64,000 bases of DNA from a virus (lineage: Duplodnaviria > Caudoviricetes). The position numbers were made by a program, and so were the translations under genes. Position 1 is the stretch's first letter. Each line of letters opens with the position of its first letter. Below, piece by piece: positions 1-7,326 of the stretch. The stretch is taken from positions 1 through 64,000 of IMG/VR virus record IMGVR_UViG_3300011006_000010. One strand, given 5' to 3'. The notes beneath the pieces are model-generated. The model saw only the letters and a program-made list of their open reading frames with translations. It ran no database searches and was not told where the DNA came from.

Positions 1-198
1 CCTGCTGTAGCTTCTCGGTGTACTAGCCATGTAGGACTTTTTTTTTGATTTAATTTAACTTGTATTCATTTGTTTACCTGCCTTTCGATATCCATATTAC
101 ACTTTTTTGAAAATAAGGCAAATAACCATTTTTCCGATAGTCGGGCTATTTTTAGCTGACTTCAACCCTTTGCGCGCGGAGATGGATAGTCGCTGTCC

Positions 199-238
199 AC
201 TCCACCGAACTCCACCGAACTCCACCCACCTCCACCTC
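199..238. repeat. 10-bp period tandem repeat (ACTCCACCGA x2, then ACTCCACCCA, CCTCCACCTC)
   Basis: Read directly: actccaccga actccaccga actccaccca cctccacctc, inside a pyrimidine-rich tract (~200-350). Confidence 0.9.
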
Positions 239-502
239 CCTGCTCCCGCTCTTCCCCTCCTCCTCCGTCGTCGGATCTTCTCTCTGGCTCCGCCAGACTC
301 CTCTCTCTTTCTCTTTTTTTCTTCTCTTTCTTTTTCCTGAAACTCCTCTCAAACAATTCTCGTTTATTCTTGTTTTTTATTGTTTTTTATCGTTTTAAAG
401 CTCTCATTTTTCATCCTCCAAATCTCGCTAAGATAATGAAAATATCCCGGTTAACGGATATGAAACGAAACCCGTTTTCATGATCCGAAGTATTATTTAA
501 TC

Positions 503-531
503 TGTACAAATTACACGTTTTGTGGTATATT
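503..531 (+). promoter_or_regulatory. Candidate sigma-A promoter (TGTACA-17 bp-TATATT with TGn extended -10)
   Basis: TGTACA 503-508, TG at 523-524, TATATT 526-531; the -35 overlaps the 14-bp motif that is repeated, inverted, at 4605-4618. Confidence 0.45.
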
Positions 532-1136
532 ATTAGTGTAATACGGACACACGACTCCGTTTTATCTCGTATCTGGTATTATTTATTCTTGTTTTTAAGC
601 GGCGAAGCCAAAAGAAAAAAGAGATTTTCATGAGCGCAAGCGAATGTATAAAGGGGTTGCCTAGGGGGAATGTGTCCCCCTGGCTACGCATTTACTCAAG
701 AAGAATCTCTTGTAAAGAACGAGAGTATATATTCAATTCTGTATCTAGCGTATTGTCTATTTAATCTGATCTTCTACGAGATTATCTGTTCTGCAAGAAG
801 AAGATCTATAGACTACTAGTTCTATCTAGAGAGTGTATGATCAGATCTGAATATGAATTTAATTAGAGGGTATGTATTAGCTATGGAGACGAATGTATCT
901 ATATGCTCCCGCTGTTTAAGTATTTATATGTATTTCTACGAGGTAACGATTTTGTTTTGAGTGCGCTTAAGAGTCATTTAAGGGGGTGTGAGGGGGATTT
1001 ATCCCCCTAGGTGAATGGGGGCAGAGGGGGGAAATCTGTTCCCCCAAATTCGATGAACTTGAGAGTAACGAAAGTATCATCGAAATATTTATTTAATCTT
1101 ATAATATATATCTATATAATGAGCATAAACTTTGAC

Positions 1137-1190
1137 ACCCCTACGGGGGTAACTAAACTTTAAATCGGGAAGTACCCCTACGAGGGTAAC
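1137..1190. repeat. 17-bp direct repeat ACCCCTACG(G/A)GGGTAAC x2, each self-complementary
   Basis: Copies at 1137-1153 and 1174-1190 (1 mismatch); partial copy CTACGAGGTAAC at 936-947; inverted GTTACCT at 1207-1213. Confidence 0.85.
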
Positions 1191-1243
1191 CAAGTTAAAA
1201 CGCTTTGTTACCTGAAGAAAACACGTAAAAAAGGAGGAATTTT

Positions 1244-1945
1244 ATGGGAAATCAACTAAGAAAAGAAAGGAATATGTTTAATGGTATCTGTGACAATTGG
1301 ATCGATGATCCAGAACTTAATAACTTTGATCTGATGCTACTTACATTTTTACAGACATTTTATGCCAGTGACTATGTGTGGAATTTAAAGAAGGATTTAA
1401 GTGATTATCTGTTTGATGGAAAGAAATTAAAGGGTAACACCCTGAAAGCATACAATAAATCAATTGAGAGATTGATAGATCTTGATTACATTTGCTGCGA
1501 TAGCAATGGACACTATTTTAAAACAAGACATATGCTTGAAGGAGCTTCTTCTAGTTTTTATACATATGTTACTTTTAATAATCTATACTCTATCTATCAT
1601 CTTGACTTTAAGAACAAGACAAGTCTCTTAAAAACCTACTTGATGGTATTAAAATTAATGGACTGTTCTAAAAGAGCATCAACTAAAAAATGTGTATACC
1701 ATCTTGGAATTAAAAGCTTATGTTATGAATGTCACATCTCTATTTCTACTTGCAGTAAGCATTTGAACGTTTTGGTTGACAACAATATTCTTTATTGTTC
1801 AAAAAAAGATAACAGCTTCGATGGTTTTAACTTTTATTCCAGATATGAAGACAGACACATCTGCGAAGAGTTTATCAGAAAATACAATAGCTACTTCTAC
1901 AAAAACAGAGAAACAGAGGAAGATACAGACTTCCCGATCAATTAA
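1244..1945 (+). CDS. Putative winged-helix DNA-binding protein (regulator or replication-initiator-like)
   Basis: Strong SD AAGGAGG; C-terminal HTH-like segment IKSLCYECHISISTCSKHLNVLVDNNIL; possible second wHTH near the N-terminus (AYNKSIERLIDLDYI). Confidence 0.55.
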   Translation: MGNQLRKERNMFNGICDNWIDDPELNNFDLMLLTFLQTFYASDYVWNLKKDLSDYLFDGKKLKGNTLKAYNKSIERLIDLDYICCDSNGHYFKTRHMLEGASSSFYTYVTFNNLYSIYHLDFKNKTSLLKTYLMVLKLMDCSKRASTKKCVYHLGIKSLCYECHISISTCSKHLNVLVDNNILYCSKKDNSFDGFNFYSRYEDRHICEEFIRKYNSYFYKNRETEEDTDFPIN

Positions 1946-1997
1946 TTACGATTTCATCAGATCGTATTAACATATTCCATTTAGAAGGAGGAGTTAA

Positions 1998-4601
1998 ATG
2001 GGTGAATTTGGTTACAAGATAAAGAACTACGAGGCTGGTTCAATTTATGAATACAATCTTGGAGTTCGTTCTCATTATCAGACAAAGGACGCCATGCTGA
2101 CCAACAGTCTATTCTTAGACTTTCTCATGCCAAAGCTAAAGATATACAAAGGCAAATCTACTAGAGATGTCATTTGTCTGGAGTTCTCCTATGGCAGCAG
2201 TTCCTATGAAAATCAGGTATCCAAGATCAAAAAGAAGATGAAGGATGCGGATGAAGAAAAGAAAAAAGACTATCAGGAGATTCTTAAGCGGATAGAAGAG
2301 AACAAAGACAAATACAGAAAATGTTCTAAAGAGGAGATACGAAAAGAATTCTATAAAGACGGAGTCACAATAGAATATAAACAAAAGGTAAAGAATGGAA
2401 TACGCACAACATCTGTTCACTATAAAATGCTTTACAGAACTCCCGGCAAAGCAAAGAAAGGTTCTGTAGTCTTTATAACCGATCGTCTTTACAAGCAGGC
2501 TGCTGAATTCCTGAGAATGGGGATCAGGATCCCAAAGAGAAATGCTCCTATTGTAGAGCTGGGGGCTTATCAGTCCCTCGCGACATCTACTATCATAGAT
2601 AGGATCAGGATCACTCCAGAAGAGATCGTCGTCCTGAAAGACGTTGACTCTTTCTTCAGAAAAGATGCGATATCTATTGAAACAGACAAAGATAGACACT
2701 GCTACGCCAAGAGGATTACAGACTACAAGGTGAAGAACACGTTGTTTGACGGTCAGGCTCTCATCGATGAATCTATATTTCCGTCATGGGGACATGGGTA
2801 CATTCTTCTAAGACAGCATTTCTGTAAGATGGCAGCATTCAGAACAAACATTCAATTGTTCATGAAAGACTATTATGGCGATGAATATGAGACGGCTATT
2901 ATAAAAGACATGTTTGGCAATGATCATCTTGTCAAAGACATCAGACTGATCACAACAGACAATGCTATGAAGTATCTGAAGCTGGGTGTTACCTATGACT
3001 ACTGGTGTAACTGGGTAAGAAAGAATGATTGTATGTTTGGCATAGTCAAGACTGCTCATTCTTCAAAGCTGGGAAATGTACAGAGGATGTCCTATCAGAT
3101 GGTCAATGCTCTAAATGAGGACACTATGAAGGAAGTCATAACTGAAAGCGTTGATTATATTATGGCTCTAAAAGGAGACAGTGATGTGTTCTTGGAATAT
3201 CTTGACAAAAAGAAAAACTTCAGCAACGACTATGAAGTGCTGCTGAAGCTGGTTGAACAGGATCCGTCCTTCATAAACAGCGACTACTTTAGACAGAGAA
3301 GAGCGAAGATCATAAGCGTTTACATAAAGGAATTCAGAAACGGAAGAATACTGCAGAATGCTGATAACCTGACTATCGTAGGAAATCCTTATGCCATGCT
3401 TCTTCATTGTGTTGGAGAAGATCCTCTGAAAGATCCAACTTTTAAAAGAGAAGAGGATTCTATTCAGTGCTATACGGAGAGATTTGATGCTGGTGAATAT
3501 CTTGCAGCATTCAGATCGCCATTCAATTCTCGTAACAACATGGGATATCTGCATAATATATCTCATGAGTATTTTAAAAGATATTTTAAATTCGGCAATT
3601 TGATTGTGGCTGTAAATATGATCGAGACTGATTTCCAGTCAAGGAATAATGGATCTGATCAGGATTCGGACAGCATATACACGACAAATCAGCCTGAAAT
3701 TGCTTCTCATGCAAAGTTTTGTTATGAGAACTACCCTACTATTGACAATAATATTCCACAGGAAAAGAATATCTATTCAAATACATTAGAAGATTTTGCC
3801 AAAGTTGATAATAATCTTTCCGCTGCTAGCGTGGCAATTGGAGAGTCTAGTAATCTGGCACAGCTATGTCTGACTTATTCCTATAATTTTACCGATCAGA
3901 AATATTCAGACTACGTATGTATATTATCAATCTTAGCTCAATGTGCTATTGATAATGCGAAAAGAGCATACGACATAGACATAGGAGAAGAAATCTCTCG
4001 TATAAAAAAAGATATGAATATTGAAGAGAACAGATATCCAGATTTCTGGTTCGTGCTGAACAGAAAAAATAAATGGGATAAGAAGATTAATGCTGATATT
4101 TCCAGCGGCAAAAAAGAGAATAAAATAAAAACACCAAACCATAAGCTTCATTGTCCGATGAATTATCTGTATAGTATGAAGTTTCCTCGTGTCTACTACA
4201 GCACGCCAAGTATCCCTATGAGTCAATTCTTTGTTAAATTTCCAATGGAACTAACAAAAAGAAGATGTAAAAAGGTAGAAGATCTAATTCAGAAGTATCA
4301 GCTTGATGTATATAATTCGTTGCCTGATGAAGATTCAGATAAATATCTGAGGCTGGAAGATGATCTAGAAACGTTATTAGAAGAAATCAGGCATATATAT
4401 CTTTCAAATACATACATAGGATTAATGTCATGGCTGATCGACAGAGCGTTTCTGATATCAAAGGCACAGGTTCAGAATAGAAAGAACATTGATTCTACTA
4501 CTGGCAAGAACAAATCTCTTCTGCTAAAGGTGCTGTATGATATCAATCCTAACTGTTTATTAAAATGTTTTAGTGGAAATATGGATAAAAAACCGCAATA
4601 A
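1998..4601 (+). CDS. yonO: YonO-like single-subunit (two-barrel) phage RNA polymerase
   Basis: 867 aa; DGQ motif (LFDGQAL), R-x-P motif (AFRSPFN), metal-binding loop RNNGSDQDSD, IG..SN and AIDNAKR motifs; directly upstream of HU and the late genes, as with SPbeta yonO-yonN. Confidence 0.85.
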   Translation: MGEFGYKIKNYEAGSIYEYNLGVRSHYQTKDAMLTNSLFLDFLMPKLKIYKGKSTRDVICLEFSYGSSSYENQVSKIKKKMKDADEEKKKDYQEILKRIEENKDKYRKCSKEEIRKEFYKDGVTIEYKQKVKNGIRTTSVHYKMLYRTPGKAKKGSVVFITDRLYKQAAEFLRMGIRIPKRNAPIVELGAYQSLATSTIIDRIRITPEEIVVLKDVDSFFRKDAISIETDKDRHCYAKRITDYKVKNTLFDGQALIDESIFPSWGHGYILLRQHFCKMAAFRTNIQLFMKDYYGDEYETAIIKDMFGNDHLVKDIRLITTDNAMKYLKLGVTYDYWCNWVRKNDCMFGIVKTAHSSKLGNVQRMSYQMVNALNEDTMKEVITESVDYIMALKGDSDVFLEYLDKKKNFSNDYEVLLKLVEQDPSFINSDYFRQRRAKIISVYIKEFRNGRILQNADNLTIVGNPYAMLLHCVGEDPLKDPTFKREEDSIQCYTERFDAGEYLAAFRSPFNSRNNMGYLHNISHEYFKRYFKFGNLIVAVNMIETDFQSRNNGSDQDSDSIYTTNQPEIASHAKFCYENYPTIDNNIPQEKNIYSNTLEDFAKVDNNLSAASVAIGESSNLAQLCLTYSYNFTDQKYSDYVCILSILAQCAIDNAKRAYDIDIGEEISRIKKDMNIEENRYPDFWFVLNRKNKWDKKINADISSGKKENKIKTPNHKLHCPMNYLYSMKFPRVYYSTPSIPMSQFFVKFPMELTKRRCKKVEDLIQKYQLDVYNSLPDEDSDKYLRLEDDLETLLEEIRHIYLSNTYIGLMSWLIDRAFLISKAQVQNRKNIDSTTGKNKSLLLKVLYDINPNCLLKCFSGNMDKKPQ

Positions 4602-4604
4602 TAG

Positions 4605-4618
4605 GTGTAATTTGTACA
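4605..4618. repeat. 14-bp perfect inverted repeat of 503-516
   Basis: GTGTAATTTGTACA is the reverse complement of TGTACAAATTACAC (503-516). Confidence 0.9.
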
Positions 4619-4751
4619 TCACCTAGAAACGATTTAGTTTTTTCCGAACTCCCGATAGTCGGTATGTTTTTAAAAACGGACATTAATGAACATATGAGAG
4701 AAAAGTGTTGCTCATATTGAGCATAAAATTGAATAAAAAGGAGAAAAATTA

Positions 4752-5066
4752 ATGAATTTAAATATTACTAAGAAAGATATTTTAAATGAGGTACATGATC
4801 TAGTGCCCAATATATCAAAGGCTGATACCAAACAGGTACTGGAAACATTTTATGATGTGCTCAGAGAACATCTGGTTGACGCCGATGATATCACGCTTTA
4901 TAAGATCGGCAAATTTTCTACTGCGTATATGAAATTGGAAAAGATGTATAATTTCCACACAGGCAGAGTAGAAGAAAACAACAAGGTTATGGGTTCCATT
5001 CGTTTCGTTCCGTCTCCAGCAACAAAAAGCGAACATCATAAACGTTTAAGAAACACAGATGATTAA
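4752..5066 (+). CDS. hup: HU/IHF-like DNA-binding protein (YonN-like)
   Basis: TKKDIL..., ITLYKIGKFS, YNFHTG arm and IRFVPSPATK C-terminal motif typical of HU/IHF; 104 aa. Confidence 0.8.
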   Translation: MNLNITKKDILNEVHDLVPNISKADTKQVLETFYDVLREHLVDADDITLYKIGKFSTAYMKLEKMYNFHTGRVEENNKVMGSIRFVPSPATKSEHHKRLRNTDD

Positions 5067-6141
5067 TCTGGATAAAGCTGCCACAACGGCGCCTAACAGG
5101 AGATTTCTTGAAGACATAAGAACTTTGGCGGAAGATTATTACAATCCTTCTTCTGCCAACAGTTGTTCTATTGAAGTCAAGAGAAAGATCGAAAGAGTAA
5201 GAAAACAGGTCGCTGATCTCATTAACACCACACCTGAACACATCTATTTTGTTTCAGGAGCATCTGAAGGAAACGCAATGCTGGCAGATGGAAACTGGGA
5301 TTATGAACAAAGATGGCAGACAGTAGTAGAGCACCCTTCTCTTGGAAACAATTGGGGCGTTGATCAGCGTATCAATGTTGATCATAATGGCAAAGTTAAT
5401 GAAGACTGGTATAAAAATATTCCATATAGAGGGTTCATCAGTGTAGGATATGCCAACAGTGAAACAGGTGTCATTCAGGATATCAAAGAGATTTCAAGAC
5501 GCTGTCACCAGTTTGGAGATGCTTTTTTCATGAGTGATCTGACTACTGTTGTTGGCAAGATTCCTGTTGATGTTACAGATCTTGATCTGGACGGGGCGGT
5601 ATTTTCAGGTCATAAGTTCCATGCCTTAAAAGGCGTGGGCGTTGTATATATCAAAGATGAAGATGTGATAAGTCCTATTATTTATGGCACTCAGGAGAAT
5701 GGGATGCGTGGCGGTACTTTAAATTCGCTAGCCATTCTATCTTTAGGATATGCCATAGAAGACATTGATTATGACAGATACAATGAGCATGCAACTAAAT
5801 TAAGAGAGAGATTGCTCTCAGATATCTCACAGTATAAGCAGGTCAAGATCAACTCTCCTGCTGAAGATTGCCTGCCATCTATAATCAATCTTTACATTGA
5901 TTTGCCTATTTCTGCTCAGAATGTTGTTGAAATTTTTGATGAATACGGGATCATTGTAAGTGCTGGAACTGCATGCGCAGCATTTGAAGAGAAGCCATCA
6001 AAAACTCTTTTGGCAATGGGGTTTGACGAAGAAAGAGTAAGAAAAAGTATCAGAGTTTCTTGGGATGAAGAGAATACGATTGAAGATATTGATAGATTCG
6101 CAGATATTTTAGGACTGATCATCAATTTATATTCAGAGTAA
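5059..6141 (+). CDS. iscS: PLP-dependent cysteine desulfurase (IscS/NifS group I)
   Basis: LDKAATT, SGASEGN, EHPS, ANSETGVIQ, SGHKFH (PLP lysine), RGGTLN, VSAGTACAA (catalytic Cys loop), SIRVSW; overlaps the HU stop (ATGATTAA). Confidence 0.92.
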   Translation: MINLDKAATTAPNRRFLEDIRTLAEDYYNPSSANSCSIEVKRKIERVRKQVADLINTTPEHIYFVSGASEGNAMLADGNWDYEQRWQTVVEHPSLGNNWGVDQRINVDHNGKVNEDWYKNIPYRGFISVGYANSETGVIQDIKEISRRCHQFGDAFFMSDLTTVVGKIPVDVTDLDLDGAVFSGHKFHALKGVGVVYIKDEDVISPIIYGTQENGMRGGTLNSLAILSLGYAIEDIDYDRYNEHATKLRERLLSDISQYKQVKINSPAEDCLPSIINLYIDLPISAQNVVEIFDEYGIIVSAGTACAAFEEKPSKTLLAMGFDEERVRKSIRVSWDEENTIEDIDRFADILGLIINLYSE

Positions 6142-6279
6142 GTAAATGGGGAAAACTATTTTTAAAGGTTATTTATGTAATTTCTTTTAATATTTTACCT
6201 TTAAACATTGCTTTTTAAGAGTTTGAATTACACGAATCATTTAAATTCGGCAATCAGTCAGGAAGGATTACAAGGAAAT

Positions 6280-6828
6280 ATGTCAGAGTATCATTATGTT
6301 TATGCAGAAGCGTATGCTGATGGAGAATGGAAATGTATTGATCCCTATGTCAAGGATTTTGAGGGGAAATATAGACTTGTCCCCCTTTACTGGACTCAGT
6401 CAACATTTCGCGATGCGTTGAGAGTTTCTCGGATAGAGGGAAAAGAGTTATTAATAAATGAACTATCTGAAGAAATTAAGGAAGAACTTCGTTATTGCAA
6501 AGAAGATTCTATCGAAATCATAGCAATAGATACTGCAACTCTATATCGGCTCGGAGATAAAAATAATTTTTCTCATCATGGCTGGATTGATGAGGATGTT
6601 ATCTGCAATTTTGAAAATGGGCTTCTTGAAGAAATATACATTGATGAAGAAGAAAGAGAATATAGTTCAAATAAATCTTATAAATTATATGAATGGGATA
6701 ATTATACGGACTACACTTATCATTTTAAGCTGATTAGAAACGCATATGATATTTTGTATGGCATGTGGGAAGATGAAAACTATATGCATAATATAATTAC
6801 TACTAGGATAATTATTATCAAAGCTTAG
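6280..6828 (+). CDS. Hypothetical acidic protein
   Basis: The ORF track starts at TTG 6208; ATG 6280 has an SD (AAGGA) and is preferred. Confidence 0.65.
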   Translation: MSEYHYVYAEAYADGEWKCIDPYVKDFEGKYRLVPLYWTQSTFRDALRVSRIEGKELLINELSEEIKEELRYCKEDSIEIIAIDTATLYRLGDKNNFSHHGWIDEDVICNFENGLLEEIYIDEEEREYSSNKSYKLYEWDNYTDYTYHFKLIRNAYDILYGMWEDENYMHNIITTRIIIIKA

Positions 6829-6844
6829 TACTATAATTTTAACA

Positions 6845-6883
6845 GGACTCCCCACACCTCTCAACGATGTGTCCCATGGGGAG
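6845..6883 (+). ncRNA. Compact structured RNA candidate (nested pseudoknot)
   Basis: CTCCCCA/TGGGGAG stem, inner ACA/TGT stem, crossing GGAC/GTCC; TATAAT at 6832-6837 would place +1 at ~6844-6845. Confidence 0.4.
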
Positions 6884-6895
6884 ACGTTTTAACAA

Positions 6896-7020
6896 TATTC
6901 AAATGTCGATAAACAAGTATTAAAAGTTCGTAAGACAATAGCTGCTTCGTACGTGGGACATTTTGAGATGCAACCCATAGAAGATGCGTGTGATTGAAAC
7001 TGCACACTCGGCATTGAATA
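6896..7020 (+). ncRNA. Multibranch structured RNA candidate
   Basis: 13-bp closing stem TATTCAAATGTCGA/TCGGCATTGAATA (one bulge) enclosing GTGGG/CCCAT, CATT/GATG and GTGTG..GAAA..CACAC arms. Confidence 0.4.
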
Positions 7021-7091
7021 ATGATCCGACCCTCAATTTGGAGGGCGGATACTTTATGTTTTAATAGGATTGTTGATGTCAAATAACACAT

Positions 7092-7169
7092 TGCAGTCGG
7101 GTGAAACGGAAAATCATACCAGTCTCATAAACTGGTGATAGCAGGTTCGACTCCTGCGACTTGCAACCA
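7092..7169 (+). tRNA. tRNA with CAT anticodon (Met/fMet-like), non-canonical acceptor stem
   Basis: D stem GTGA/TCAT, anticodon stem CCAGT/ACTGG with loop CTCATAA, T arm GCAGG-TTCGACT-CCTGC, encoded 3' GCAACCA. Confidence 0.85.
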
Positions 7170-7292
7170 TAATTATCATTAAATAAACAGGACAAAATGG
7201 CTACGGTGTGACACTTGTATTGAATGATTTTGGCATAGAACCATTGCTTCTGTTTATATAAAAAAGGTCGGGACTCCCGGAGGAGTTGACTA

Positions 7293-7326
7293 AGAAGAGT
7301 CGTCATGTTCAGGCGACTCTTCTTTT
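7293..7326 (+). terminator. Intrinsic terminator closing the ncRNA/tRNA cluster
   Basis: AAGAAGAGTCGTC...GGCGACTCTTCTT followed by T residues. Confidence 0.75.

Noticed and set aside
199-238. CRISPR-like array
   Set aside because: Contiguous 10-bp units with no spacers and no cas genes.
107-356. Short ORFs on both strands in the pyrimidine tract
   Set aside because: Low-complexity translations of a repeat tract with no convincing protein features.
2136-4226. Minus-strand ORFs of up to 187 aa opposite the RNAP (and similar ones opposite the TMP and fibre genes)
   Set aside because: Antisense shadows of long plus-strand genes, with no motifs.
503-4618. Tn7/CAST-like transposon based on the TGT...ACA ends
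   Set aside because: No transposase genes, no 5-bp target duplication (TAATC versus TCACC) and no internal repeated transposase sites; kept only as an inverted-repeat finding.
6983-7015. Resemblance to group II intron domain V (GATGCGTGTGATTGAAACTGCACACTCGGCATT)
   Set aside because: Lacks the AGC/CGC catalytic triad and has no other intron domains or RT; treated as an arm of the ncRNA candidate.
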